A DNA stretch of 64,000 bases. Origin: a virus (lineage: Duplodnaviria > Caudoviricetes). The DNA lies in the IMG/VR virus record IMGVR_UViG_3300028048_000055, positions 64,001-128,000 of that record. One strand, written 5' to 3'. This document shows positions 1-9,870 of this stretch, piece by piece. Made by a program: the position numbers and the translations under genes. Position 1 is the stretch's first letter, and each line of letters begins with the position of its first letter. The notes beneath the pieces were generated by a model. That model made no database searches, was not told where the DNA came from, and saw only the letters and a list, made by a program, of their open reading frames with translations.

Positions 1-201
1 GATTATGTCAAGCATGTATTAAGAACTGCGGCACCATTCTGGGCTATGGTTAATCCGGAAGGTGAATGGATTGAAGCTGGTCATATGGGCTGGTGGGCTG
101 TTACTTGGGATGAAGATGAAGATTTCAGCAAGACTTGGCAAGAAGCATGGAAAAAGATTCCTGATGATTGCTATATTTGGGTTTGCGATTGCCATACTTA
201 A
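1..201 (+). CDS. Partial (5'-truncated) phage hypothetical protein ending ...WVCDCHT
   Basis: Open frame 1 from window start to TAA at 199-201: DYVKHVLRTAAPFWAMVNPEGEWIEAGHMGWW...DCHT. Confidence 0.8.
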   Translation, partial: DYVKHVLRTAAPFWAMVNPEGEWIEAGHMGWWAVTWDEDEDFSKTWQEAWKKIPDDCYIWVCDCHT

Positions 202-216
202 TAAAGGAATAGAATA

Positions 217-447
217 ATGAAGAAAATTGTATTTGCATGTTGTTTACTCGCATCATTTGTTTTTGCAAAGGATCTTAAGATTGATGTTTGCAGAGGCGAT
301 AATTGTTATACTTATTTAATTTCTGATGCAAAGGATTATCGTTATATCCATGACGCAACTGGTAGAAAGTATCTTCGTATTTTTAAGTATAATAATAAGA
401 TTCTGGATATCTTTGTTGACGGTATGACTGTAAAGGTTGGTAAGTAA
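217..447 (+). CDS. Small secreted protein (Sec signal peptide)
   Basis: MKKIVFACCLLASFVFA N-terminus; AAGGA RBS. Confidence 0.75.
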   Translation: MKKIVFACCLLASFVFAKDLKIDVCRGDNCYTYLISDAKDYRYIHDATGRKYLRIFKYNNKILDIFVDGMTVKVGK

Positions 448-806
448 TGTATTATAATGACCTTGAAGATGAATGTTCTGACATTAGACATCTCATTAAG
501 CGTAATATGCGAGATGATGAAGATCGTAAAAAGGATATTATTATATTCACCGAAGACGAATGTAAAGAAATTTTAAGAATGATTGAAAAAGTCGAAGATG
601 AATATACTGATATGGCTAATGAGTTAGATTGTAAAGAAAGTGAGATCAGTGACTTGGAAGACGAAATTGATAGTTTGAAATATCATGAAGATGTTCCTGA
701 AGAACTTGCAAGATTACTTGACCACAGTGACTTTGATGTTGGTACGGTTCAAATTCTTGAAGAATCAATATCAAATATTTTAAAAGCTAGAGGCTATAAT
801 GTTTAA
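447..806 (+). CDS. Acidic coiled-coil hypothetical protein
   Basis: ORF coupled to upstream stop (TAATG). Confidence 0.75.
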   Translation: MYYNDLEDECSDIRHLIKRNMRDDEDRKKDIIIFTEDECKEILRMIEKVEDEYTDMANELDCKESEISDLEDEIDSLKYHEDVPEELARLLDHSDFDVGTVQILEESISNILKARGYNV

Positions 807-823
807 AGAACATTTGTAAAGAC

Positions 824-859
824 TAAAGGGTTTACAAACCCTTTATTTTTTTATATATT
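824..859 (+). promoter_or_regulatory. Fused terminator hairpin and sigma70-like promoter (TTTACA-N17-TATATT)
   Basis: Stem TAAAGGGTT/AACCCTTTA plus T-run; -35 at 831-836, -10 at 854-859; ATG 7 nt after -10. Confidence 0.8.
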
Positions 860-866
860 TGACTTT

Positions 867-1088
867 ATGGGAAAAGAAGAAGTAAAATTAAAAGAATATT
901 CATTTGAAATCCAATCAACTGATGATACAAGTGAAACTGTAGGTATTGTTGGTGAAGAATATTCTAGCGTTTATAGTGATGAAAAGTTTTATCGTAAAGA
1001 AGATGTTGATGCTTTACTTGCAGAAAAGGATAAAGAAATTAAGCAGCTAGAATATTTGTTACATATTTCTACAAAGCAGGTACGTTAG
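867..1088 (+). CDS. Hypothetical protein, apparently leaderless
   Basis: ORF directly after promoter, no RBS. Confidence 0.7.
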   Translation: MGKEEVKLKEYSFEIQSTDDTSETVGIVGEEYSSVYSDEKFYRKEDVDALLAEKDKEIKQLEYLLHISTKQVR

Positions 1089-1089
1089 T

Positions 1090-1497
1090 ATGAAACCGAT
1101 TTTTATTAGTGGAAGTTCAAAAATTCATGAATTGAATGCTGAAATGAAAGATGCATTGAATAATGTAATTAAACGTAATATTCCAGTGCTTGTTGGCGAT
1201 TGTTTCGGCGTTGATTCTCTTGTCCAACGATATTTAAATGAGCAGAATTATACAAATGTAACTGTTTATTGTTCTGGTTCATATCCTCGTTGTTATAACA
1301 ATAAGTTTCAGTTAAAACATTGTGTAGATGAAACAATGTCTAAGTCTGGTCGAGACTTTTATGAAATAAAGGATATTCAAATGACTGAAGATTGTGCTGG
1401 AGCACTTATGTTCTGGGACGGAAAAAGTATTGGAACAAAAAACAATATCGAACGTTGTAGGGCGCTTAATAAAAATTATAAAATAATCAAGGCATAA
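1090..1497 (+). CDS. SLOG-superfamily (YspA/DUF2493-like) nucleotide-binding protein
   Basis: IFISGS, VGDCFGVD, FWDGKSIGT motifs. Confidence 0.7.
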   Translation: MKPIFISGSSKIHELNAEMKDALNNVIKRNIPVLVGDCFGVDSLVQRYLNEQNYTNVTVYCSGSYPRCYNNKFQLKHCVDETMSKSGRDFYEIKDIQMTEDCAGALMFWDGKSIGTKNNIERCRALNKNYKIIKA

Positions 1498-1499
1498 TT

Positions 1500-2318
1500 A
1501 TGGGAAGTATCAAAGAAGAAAATATTAAGATTTTTAATCATACACAAGAAATTATTAAAAAAGATAAGACTTTATTAGCATCTATTGAAAATTCAATTAA
1601 GAATTCTGAATTTTTTCCAGCAAATATGACAGTTGATATTTATTGTGATAATAAAATTCCAGCAAATATCAAGGTTACAAAGAATAGTTCTTTCAATGCA
1701 GCGAGAAATTATACTGGTAAAGTAGCAGTTCTTAATTTTGCATCTGCCACTAATCCTGGTGGCGGTGTAACAAAGGGTTCTAATGCTCAGGAAGAATGTC
1801 TTTGTCGTTGTTCTACTCTTTATAATGTTTTGTCTGATAAAAAGTTTGATGAACTTTTTTATTCGCCTAATAAAAACTACGGTAATGCACTTCATACTGA
1901 TGATTTGATTTATACTCCTGATATTCAAATTATCAAGTCTGATAATTATAATATGTTATATCGACCATTTTCTGTTGATGTAATTACTTGTGCTGCACCT
2001 AATCTTCGTGAAACTCCTGCCAATGCATATAATCATGAACGTGGCGAACATCCGAATATTACAGATGACGAATTAAGACAACTTCATCTTCGTAGAGCAC
2101 TTCATATTCTTGAAATGGCAGCAGCTAAGGGTGATAAAACTATTATTCTTGGTGCATTTGGTTGTGGTGCATTTAAGAATCCACCGGAAATTGTTGCAAC
2201 TGCCTATAAGCAAGCGATTGAAGGTATGAAATATCTATTTAAGAATATTGAATTTGCTGTCTATTGTGGAAAAGATTCTGTAAATTATGATGTATTTAAG
2301 AAAATAATTGAAGGATAA
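1500..2318 (+). CDS. TIGR02452/DUF2263 microbial-type poly(ADP-ribose) glycohydrolase (macrodomain)
   Basis: NFASATNPGGG, AQEECLCRCSTLY, LGAFGCGAFKNPP signature motifs. Confidence 0.92.
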   Translation: MGSIKEENIKIFNHTQEIIKKDKTLLASIENSIKNSEFFPANMTVDIYCDNKIPANIKVTKNSSFNAARNYTGKVAVLNFASATNPGGGVTKGSNAQEECLCRCSTLYNVLSDKKFDELFYSPNKNYGNALHTDDLIYTPDIQIIKSDNYNMLYRPFSVDVITCAAPNLRETPANAYNHERGEHPNITDDELRQLHLRRALHILEMAAAKGDKTIILGAFGCGAFKNPPEIVATAYKQAIEGMKYLFKNIEFAVYCGKDSVNYDVFKKIIEG

Positions 2319-2883
2319 TAACGAATTTATTATGAGCCAAGACATAAATAATTACGTAATTAATGCTATACTTAATACAAAGGAAAATTCTCCTGATTAT
2401 TTTATAGCATGTCTTAAACAGCGTCTCGCTGACGGACAAGGAAGTACGACTGATTTTAAAACAGTTGAAGAGCTTGAGAAAGCACTTCTTGCCGCTGATT
2501 GGGAAAAGTTTGAACACCCAAATATAGCAGAAAATTGTTTAGGTTTTATTACCAAGTCTTTCGGTGGTCATATGGGTATGATTCCACTTGAATATTTATC
2601 TAATCAGTTAATTTGTCGACTTGATGATATTAAAGGAACTGGAAAGCTTTCATTGACTTGTTATGCTGATAGTGATAGATATCCAGTTGACTATAATGTC
2701 TTGATTATTGGCGATGACGGATTTGGCCCATGTATGTTTACGTTCCATCCTGGTGAACCACTGAAACCGTCTACTTTATCGTCTGATGGTAATAATGAAT
2801 TCGGATTGAAAGAGGGCGATACTATAAATGTAGCGCAAGCTAAAAAATTCGGGTTCAAATATGTAAAACTTCTCACAATTTAG
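2308..2883 (+). CDS. Hypothetical protein (probable start ATG 2332)
   Basis: ORF; FTFHPGEP motif typical of phage hypotheticals. Confidence 0.7.
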   Translation: MKDNNEFIMSQDINNYVINAILNTKENSPDYFIACLKQRLADGQGSTTDFKTVEELEKALLAADWEKFEHPNIAENCLGFITKSFGGHMGMIPLEYLSNQLICRLDDIKGTGKLSLTCYADSDRYPVDYNVLIIGDDGFGPCMFTFHPGEPLKPSTLSSDGNNEFGLKEGDTINVAQAKKFGFKYVKLLTI

Positions 2884-2886
2884 GGA

Positions 2887-2915
2887 TTTACAAAAGTAAA
2901 ATCATTTACTATATT
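2887..2915 (+). promoter_or_regulatory. Sigma70-like promoter TTTACA-N17-TATATT
   Basis: Exact match to the recurrent promoter consensus. Confidence 0.8.
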
Positions 2916-2938
2916 TAATTTCACAAAATGAATAAAAA

Positions 2939-2990
2939 CGCATAGAGAGTTCCTATGAAATGGTTCTAGGAAAACTGAATACTCTCCGCT
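2939..2990 (+). promoter_or_regulatory. Candidate structured 5'-UTR element
   Basis: Nested stems GAGAGT/ACTCTC and TCCTA/TAGGA between promoter and RBS. Confidence 0.5.
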
Positions 2991-3006
2991 AAAAAGGAAA
3001 CAAAAA

Positions 3007-4959
3007 ATGTCTAAGAACTTTAATGTAAAGCTCATCACCATGTTTAACGTCGCTCCGGTTGTTGAAAAGTCAGAACAGCTGTCTTTCGAGGAAGTCAACC
3101 AGGAAGCATCTAAGTATGGATATATTATCCATCCTGATTGTTGTTCTAAAATCGTGCTTGATTGGATTAAGCAGGAAGCGAAGACTAATTATAACGCTAC
3201 CTTCTACAAGCAGTGGTCTGATATTACATCTAAGACCCGTTTTGAGCTTTTGATTGACCAGATCCGTCATTATGCTACTACTTATGGTACTGATTATACT
3301 GCTGGTCAGGGTTATGTTCCGAATGATACTCCGAATGTAGAAATTCCGTTTGAAAAGTTTAAGGTTATTATGCCGGCAACTATCAAGGAAATCTATGACC
3401 GTGCTGTTGGTATGTTTACCAGTGGTATCGCACTCAATGAAGATACTGTCAATATTTTGACTGACTTCGTTTCCTATCATATCAAGCATTCTAAGTTTGA
3501 ATTCGATGTTGATAAGGTTAAGAATAAGGAAGTTCAGGTCAAGCTTTGTGATGAATTTGGTTTGACTCCGAAGGATCCGTTTGCACTTTTGCGTTACCTT
3601 GTTTACAAGGCAACTGGTAAGCTCATGCTTATTAAGGACCGTAATACTATCAAGGCTTTAAAGGAAAACCATGATAAGTATACTCTTACTAACCTTACTC
3701 AGGAACAGAAGATTGCTCTTGCATCTATCTTCTACCGTTTCAAGCCGTTGTTCCTCGCTATGAAGTCTACTTCTGGTGCTTCTAAGTCTATGACTACTGA
3801 AGCTTTCCGTAAGGCTGCAAAGTCAATCGGTGTTAATGTTGCTAAGTCTGCAACTAATGCAAGTGTTGTCAACGAAATTCGTCGTTTGGCAAAGACTTAT
3901 CATAAGCCGTTTAAGTCTGGTCTTTGGGAAACTGTTCTTTGCGAAAAGAAGGATCTCGAACAGGTAAAGGCTCATCTTGGTGATATTACCAACTTCAAGA
4001 AGATTACTCTTATGCAGGGCATCATGGCTAAGCTCCAGAAGTGCAATGGTAAGATGTATGTTATCCGTAATGGTAAGATGTGGGTTGATGCCGATTACAA
4101 GCCGAAGAGCGATAACACTTCTTATTTGATGTTTCTTTATAACATTCTTGAACAGTCTATCGTTGATTCTATCAAGGGTAAGGCTGGTTACGTTGTTGTT
4201 CCGAAGAATGTTATTTTCGCAGTTCCGACTTCTGAAAAGAACTTTATCGGTAACTATCCATTTGGTACTTCCGTAGAACTTAGCAACACTAACAATGTTG
4301 TTGGTATCTACTGGCGTAATGAATGGAAGACTCGTGACTTTGACCTTCACATGTATGATCTTGCTGGTAATAGCTATGGTTGGAACTCCAGCTATACTAA
4401 CGGTAAGAACACTGTCATCTATTCTGGTGATATGACTAATGCTGAACCGGAAGCTACTGAGATGTTCTACTTCTCTAAGGAAATCGGTTCTGGTAAGATC
4501 AGTGTTAACCAGTTTAATGGTGAAACTAAGTCTCAGTTCAAGCTCTTCGTAGCAACTGAAGATGTTCGTAATAAGCTTAAGGGTGTTGATACTTACCGTC
4601 GTCAGAATGGTTGTGTCATGTGTGACCCGAACAATGTTAAGGCTGAATTCATGATTCCGGTCGATAATGAACGTCAGAAGGAATGTGCATTGATTACCGA
4701 TAACAAGGTATATCTCATGGACCTCACCTCTGGTAATGGTCGTGTTCCGGACCGTAAGTATACCAAGGTTTACCTTGAACAGCTCGAAATCAAGTGCCGT
4801 TCGTTCATTAGCTTGAACGATATCCTTGATAAGGCTGGATTTACTTTGGTCAATGAATTGCCGGAAGTTGCAGAAAATGAAGCTAAGCCGGAAGTAGTGC
4901 TTGATTTGACTAATCCGTCTAAGGATTCTCTTATCAGCCTCTTCAGTGAAGCAAAGTAA
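3007..4959 (+). CDS. Large conserved protein with C-terminal TerD-like domain (MXAN_6230/SCO0854-related architecture, no RING seen)
   Basis: GIYW..DFDLH..GWNSSY..YSGDMTNA..ATE motifs; strongly biased codon usage. Confidence 0.6.
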   Translation: MSKNFNVKLITMFNVAPVVEKSEQLSFEEVNQEASKYGYIIHPDCCSKIVLDWIKQEAKTNYNATFYKQWSDITSKTRFELLIDQIRHYATTYGTDYTAGQGYVPNDTPNVEIPFEKFKVIMPATIKEIYDRAVGMFTSGIALNEDTVNILTDFVSYHIKHSKFEFDVDKVKNKEVQVKLCDEFGLTPKDPFALLRYLVYKATGKLMLIKDRNTIKALKENHDKYTLTNLTQEQKIALASIFYRFKPLFLAMKSTSGASKSMTTEAFRKAAKSIGVNVAKSATNASVVNEIRRLAKTYHKPFKSGLWETVLCEKKDLEQVKAHLGDITNFKKITLMQGIMAKLQKCNGKMYVIRNGKMWVDADYKPKSDNTSYLMFLYNILEQSIVDSIKGKAGYVVVPKNVIFAVPTSEKNFIGNYPFGTSVELSNTNNVVGIYWRNEWKTRDFDLHMYDLAGNSYGWNSSYTNGKNTVIYSGDMTNAEPEATEMFYFSKEIGSGKISVNQFNGETKSQFKLFVATEDVRNKLKGVDTYRRQNGCVMCDPNNVKAEFMIPVDNERQKECALITDNKVYLMDLTSGNGRVPDRKYTKVYLEQLEIKCRSFISLNDILDKAGFTLVNELPEVAENEAKPEVVLDLTNPSKDSLISLFSEAK

Positions 4960-4969
4960 ACAGAAACTT

Positions 4970-4997
4970 AAGGGGAATAGTAAAATATTCCCCTTTT
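4970..4997 (+). terminator. Intrinsic terminator
   Basis: AAGGGGAATA/TATTCCCCTT stem plus T-run. Confidence 0.75.
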
Positions 4998-5016
4998 ATA
5001 ATAAAAAGGAATAAAA

Positions 5017-5157
5017 ATGAAATCTTTACTAACTCTTATTTTACTGCTTATTGTCATTTTCTTCTTGTTTAAGGCATTTGTAGTAGTTGTAGTTCCTGCG
5101 GCCACATTTGTTGGTCTTATTATACTTGCTTTTGTGCTTCTTCGACTTTTGCTGTAA
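5017..5157 (+). CDS. 46-aa hydrophobic membrane protein (not in ORF track)
   Basis: AAGGA RBS; MKSLLTLILLLIVIFFLFKAFVVVVVPAATFVGLIILAFVLLRLLL. Confidence 0.7.
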   Translation: MKSLLTLILLLIVIFFLFKAFVVVVVPAATFVGLIILAFVLLRLLL

Positions 5158-5262
5158 AAAAGCGAAAATGAAAATTCAAAAATCATATATACTATATAAC
5201 ATTTGACAATACGCATGGCTTTTGACCATGCGTATATTTATTTTTAAAATAGTGAGGTATAT

Positions 5263-5634
5263 ATGAGAAATGTTGTTCAAGTAGTAAGATTTTACTTGAT
5301 TTGCAAGACTACTGGTATGAGATCAATAGATAGCTTGCTTGATAATCCTAATTATAATCCACTTCTAAAGAAATGTGTTGATGATATTAAGCGTTATCCA
5401 GATGCAAGCATCCAGGACTGTAAGTATTACAGAGCACAGCTTGATAAGGGCACATTTAAGTTCGATTCTGGAACCTGGGCCATGGATATTCGAGAAGAAG
5501 ACCTTCCTAAAGGCACAACTACTGAATATTTGGATTTAAAGAATGCATTTCAAGCCATTATTGACTGGATTAAGGCAAATCGAGATACATTTACAAAAAG
5601 ACTCCAAATGGAAGAAGAATTACGATATGCTTAA
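5263..5634 (+). CDS. Hypothetical protein
   Basis: GAGGT RBS; followed by terminator at about 5638-5663. Confidence 0.75.
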   Translation: MRNVVQVVRFYLICKTTGMRSIDSLLDNPNYNPLLKKCVDDIKRYPDASIQDCKYYRAQLDKGTFKFDSGTWAMDIREEDLPKGTTTEYLDLKNAFQAIIDWIKANRDTFTKRLQMEEELRYA

Positions 5635-5665
5635 TATAAAACCTGGTTAATGGCCAGGTTTTTGT

Positions 5666-5673
5666 TATAAATA
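5666..5673 (+). promoter_or_regulatory. T4-type late promoter TATAAATA
   Basis: Exact consensus; also at 8126, 9363, 10166, 14576, 14919, 16467, 18269, 23096, 47232, 59749, 60701. Confidence 0.8.
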
Positions 5674-5698
5674 ATATAAAAGTTTGAGGTTTTTAAAT

Positions 5699-8077
5699 AT
5701 GGAACAGAATTTTAATCAATATTTGAATGAAATGAAGGAAAAGAACCTTTATTCAACAGATATTAAATCTGATTTTTTGAATGAAGCTGATCATTGGTGG
5801 CAGACAAGACTTGACCCATTTAAAACAGATAAGAAATCCAGACCTTGTATTTCAATCGCAATCAGTTTTACTGCTGATAAGTTTATTGATAATGTCGCAG
5901 AACAGATTAAGGACATTTCTGGTGATGAATCTGAAAGTCAGAAGAAAATTACTGATAAAATCAGTGAATATATTTTAAAAATTAATAAGGCATTTAAAGA
6001 AACTTCTGGACATCTTTTTGTCAGAGGTCTTGATAATGGAACATTAAAATATTACTTCAAGATGTATTCTAAGACTGACCCTGAGGGTAATGCCAATGAT
6101 TTTAAGAGCCGTATTGATAAAGACCTTGAATTGTCTTTCGTAAAAAACAATATGACTGTCAAGGATGATACATATACCAAGATTGAACTTATTAATCTTA
6201 AAGATAAGCCAAATGAACTGAATCCTGGTAAAAATGAAAGCGATGATAAAGTTAAAGATCGTTTGAATAATTCTGTATTTGTAAAGAATATTGTTGAAAA
6301 GATTTCTGGAACAATCAAGTCCAGAATTGAAAAGGCAAATAATTTAGCTAAAAATGGTGAACTTAAACAAGTTTATTGTGTTCCATTTAAAATTTCCGAT
6401 ACACTTATTAACTCTGCAAAGGAAAACGCTAAAACAGAAGACCAATTCTGGTTAGATTTAATTACTGAAATTAATGACAATCTTATAAATGCTTTAGAAA
6501 ATATCGGAGATGCTATTAATTCTTATATTGGTATTGTCCCTATTAAGGCATATGGTTTTAACATTTACTTCACTGATAGAGATGCTGCTGAACAGTTTGC
6601 CGAACAGTTCAATCAAGAAGGTGATACAAAGATTTCTGAAAGAAAGAGATATGAAAAGAAGATTGCAAATTATGTTCAAGTCTTACAAGATTCTCCGGAA
6701 ACTGTTAATGGTAAAACACTAGAACCTCGTGAAGTTGGTTCTCTTGGTCCACAGCTTTATTTCCAGAGTACTTTATTTGCTCGTGAAAAAATTGCACCTG
6801 CTATAAAGGATAAATTTGATAATGCTGCATTAATTCAGGTAAATCGTTATACATTTGAAATTACCAAGGAAGTTATTAATACCATTATGCAAGGTAAAGA
6901 TGCTACTGGTAATGTTCAATTAGATCCTGTTCATGTATATGCTTATATCTATCAGAACTTAGTTAGATACTGTGAAGAATCTGATGAATTTATTGGTGCT
7001 GGTTCTACTACTGATGCACAAATTGAATTATACTTCTCAACAAATGCTTCTATTGAATATGTTAAGAATTTAGTTTCTCAACATTTGAGAATAGATAAAG
7101 ATAATAGCATTAAAGTTAAACAAGTTGCATTGACTAGAACTGAAATCGAAAAAGCTAAAGAAATCATGAAGAATGCAAATACTGCAGCTGAAAATTTTGA
7201 ATCTTTTGTCAGTGAACTTAAGAATAACAGTGAACATAATAAACTTGAGTTAGATGCATTAGAGCTTACATTATCTGATAAGACTAAAGAAGTTCTTGTT
7301 CAAGCTAAAAATTTTGGAAGAACTACTAGTTTCAATGGCGCTGTACAAACTATCATTAAGTCTATTGAGAATAAATTTAAATCTGTTAATGGTTATGTCG
7401 GTTTTATTTTTGATGATGAATATAAGGTTACAGTTTACTTCGAAAATGAAAATGGCGTAAACTATACTAAAGAACATTATAAGAGCGATGGCGAATTTAG
7501 TATTGGTGAATCCAAAACCGTTACTGTAAGTAATACTGAATTAGATAGAATTAAAGATTTACACTTAAGCGATGGCTTATATAAGTCTATTGATAAGACT
7601 ATTGCCAATAATAAAGCAGCAGAAGAAACTAAAGAATATAAGTATTCTATTTCTTATAATTTAGTTAATAAAGATTTAAAAATTAGTGAATTTGTAGAAG
7701 TATATAAGAAAATACCTAATACTATTAATGAATCTTTCCATTCTACATTATTTGCTTACTTGATGAATAAAGTTAATCTTAATGAAGCTGAATCTAATTT
7801 TGATAAAGCTAAGAAAATATTAGGTAAACCAGAAAATCAAGATAAAACAATAAGCGATTTCTTTGCAGAAGTTACATTAGTTTTACGTACTAAAATAGCT
7901 AGCTTATGTTCTGTAGCTAAAGAAAATTATGGTGAAAAAATGTTTAATTATAAGTCACTTAATAATGATGAACAATTTATGACTATCACTTGTGTCGGTA
8001 AAATAAAAGACACAATTGAAACTAAATTATTAAAACCATTAAATGATACAAATTTAGTTAAATGTAAAAAGCTTTAG
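5699..8077 (+). CDS. Large late protein, probable internal virion protein
   Basis: Late promoter; GAGG RBS before ATG 5699; FNQYLNE/FLNEA N-terminus resembles T4 capsid-targeting/gp21 cleavage motifs. Confidence 0.65.
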   Translation: MEQNFNQYLNEMKEKNLYSTDIKSDFLNEADHWWQTRLDPFKTDKKSRPCISIAISFTADKFIDNVAEQIKDISGDESESQKKITDKISEYILKINKAFKETSGHLFVRGLDNGTLKYYFKMYSKTDPEGNANDFKSRIDKDLELSFVKNNMTVKDDTYTKIELINLKDKPNELNPGKNESDDKVKDRLNNSVFVKNIVEKISGTIKSRIEKANNLAKNGELKQVYCVPFKISDTLINSAKENAKTEDQFWLDLITEINDNLINALENIGDAINSYIGIVPIKAYGFNIYFTDRDAAEQFAEQFNQEGDTKISERKRYEKKIANYVQVLQDSPETVNGKTLEPREVGSLGPQLYFQSTLFAREKIAPAIKDKFDNAALIQVNRYTFEITKEVINTIMQGKDATGNVQLDPVHVYAYIYQNLVRYCEESDEFIGAGSTTDAQIELYFSTNASIEYVKNLVSQHLRIDKDNSIKVKQVALTRTEIEKAKEIMKNANTAAENFESFVSELKNNSEHNKLELDALELTLSDKTKEVLVQAKNFGRTTSFNGAVQTIIKSIENKFKSVNGYVGFIFDDEYKVTVYFENENGVNYTKEHYKSDGEFSIGESKTVTVSNTELDRIKDLHLSDGLYKSIDKTIANNKAAEETKEYKYSISYNLVNKDLKISEFVEVYKKIPNTINESFHSTLFAYLMNKVNLNEAESNFDKAKKILGKPENQDKTISDFFAEVTLVLRTKIASLCSVAKENYGEKMFNYKSLNNDEQFMTITCVGKIKDTIETKLLKPLNDTNLVKCKKL

Positions 8078-8096
8078 TATTAAATATTAGTTAATA

Positions 8097-8133
8097 AAAC
8101 CGGATATCACTATCCGGTTTTTCTTTATAAATA
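8097..8133 (+). terminator. Terminator followed directly by late promoter
   Basis: AAAACCGGATA/TATCCGGTTTT stem; TATAAATA at 8126-8133. Confidence 0.75.
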
Positions 8134-8137
8134 AGAT

Positions 8138-8710
8138 ATGAGTGGAATTACACAACATATTAATGACTTTAGTAATAACAAGTTTGTGGTCCGATTCTCA
8201 AATATTGTCAATATGACAAATTTTGAATTGGATAGTCACATCCTAGATAACTATGTAAAAAATGTCAGCGTCCCTGATCTTTCTATTCCTATGTTGGATA
8301 GTAGATATAAGCATGAACGACAGTTACATCCGAATCCAGTTGGCGCTCGTGAATTACAGACTATGAATATCGAGTTCATTCTTGATGAACATATGTGTAA
8401 TTACTATCTTTTCTATTCATGGATTTACTGGATGCGTTTTGGTGAACCTTGCGGAAAGACTAGCCTTAAAGGTGAAGAGCTTCTTCGTATGGACTGTGTT
8501 GACGCAATCGAATTAGTTTCTTTAAATAATAATAACAAGATTATTTCAAAGATGAAATTCAAACATGCGATTCCTACAACATTGTCTAACTTAAGCCTTC
8601 AATATGGTTCCGCAGACCAAGTAACATTTGTAGTTACATTCGAATATGAACTTATTGACTTGATGCTTGAAAATACAGAAGATATTACTGGTAAAACTGG
8701 TATTCAATAA
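8138..8710 (+). CDS. T4 gp3-like tail completion/tube terminator protein (gp19 fold)
   Basis: VSVPDLSIP..IEFILDEHMCNY..W..FKHAIPTTLSNL..FVVTFEY pattern; late promoter; near gp2-like gene. Confidence 0.7.
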   Translation: MSGITQHINDFSNNKFVVRFSNIVNMTNFELDSHILDNYVKNVSVPDLSIPMLDSRYKHERQLHPNPVGARELQTMNIEFILDEHMCNYYLFYSWIYWMRFGEPCGKTSLKGEELLRMDCVDAIELVSLNNNNKIISKMKFKHAIPTTLSNLSLQYGSADQVTFVVTFEYELIDLMLENTEDITGKTGIQ

Positions 8711-8719
8711 GAGGTTAAA

Positions 8720-9307
8720 ATGTATTCTGAAGAATGTCTAAATTATATAAATGAATCTCTTATTGTCGATAAGATTAAAGCTAAGATTAATGATTTAAAA
8801 AATCGAAAAGCTAAATGTAAAAATAAAGCTGAACTTAATAAGGTTCAAAATACTGTTAAAGCATTAGGCAGTAAAGTTAAAAATTCTACTTTAAGTTCTA
8901 ATGTAAAAAAAGCATTGCTTATAAGTATTTTTGGTCTTTTAACAACGGCTAGCCATGCTAATACATTTGCAGAACTCCAATCTCAATATAATTTAAAACC
9001 GACTACTATTGAATATGAAGGTAGTGGTGCATTTGATGAGCCTTTTGAAGAAGATATTATTGAAGATGCAAAATATCTAGCTGTTGCTACAAAGGGTGCA
9101 AATATAAAAGGTATTGAATTAGAAAATACTGATGTCGATGACCCAGACGAAGATGTTACCAGAGTTTATAACTTTACAAATGGTATATCTATTACAGTTA
9201 ATGTTCATGACGCAATATTTGTTTATGATAATGGTATTTTAATCAGACAATATGAAGCACATAATCCAGCAATGGATGCTTTATTAGATGTCGCAAGAAA
9301 TTTTTAG
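8720..9307 (+). CDS. Hypothetical late protein with internal hydrophobic segment
   Basis: GAGG RBS; YINES N-terminal motif. Confidence 0.7.
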   Translation: MYSEECLNYINESLIVDKIKAKINDLKNRKAKCKNKAELNKVQNTVKALGSKVKNSTLSSNVKKALLISIFGLLTTASHANTFAELQSQYNLKPTTIEYEGSGAFDEPFEEDIIEDAKYLAVATKGANIKGIELENTDVDDPDEDVTRVYNFTNGISITVNVHDAIFVYDNGILIRQYEAHNPAMDALLDVARNF

Positions 9308-9375
9308 AATAATTCTATTATAATATTAAAAATGGTTTACAAATAACCATTTTTCTTTATATTATAAATATATAA

Positions 9376-9870
9376 ATGTTTGAAGATTCTTTAAGACAAC
9401 AAATTGATTTTTTTGAATGTGAACCGACTAACGAAGTAGTTAACGGTTTTTTCTACATATTAGAATATAAAGCTACACATGAAGTTTCTATAAAAGAAGG
9501 TTATGATAGAAACCCTGTTATATATTGTTTTATGCCTGATGAACGCAATATAAACTGTTTCTGGGGTATAAATTTCCATTGCTTTAATCAACCAGAGCAA
9601 CACCTGATTTTTACAAAGATGTTAAAATATTATAATATTATGGAACATAATAATAAAAGAGTAGTCTTATCTGGAGAACAGCTTAATAGAATCTATACCA
9701 ATATTGGTATTGGTCTTAGATGCTATAGTCGTAAAAATGTTAGAGCAGCATATAAGATACACAATTATTATATTCCAAAGTATTTAAATTTCGAACCTGA
9801 CTTCTATATAAAGAATAAGGAATTGATTAACATTGACTTTAAGCTTGCACCTGGTAATAAAGGATTTTAA
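9376..9870 (+). CDS. T4 gp2-like DNA end protector protein
   Basis: GFFYILEYKA..YDRNPVIY..FWGINFH motifs; late promoter. Confidence 0.7.
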   Translation: MFEDSLRQQIDFFECEPTNEVVNGFFYILEYKATHEVSIKEGYDRNPVIYCFMPDERNINCFWGINFHCFNQPEQHLIFTKMLKYYNIMEHNNKRVVLSGEQLNRIYTNIGIGLRCYSRKNVRAAYKIHNYYIPKYLNFEPDFYIKNKELINIDFKLAPGNKGF

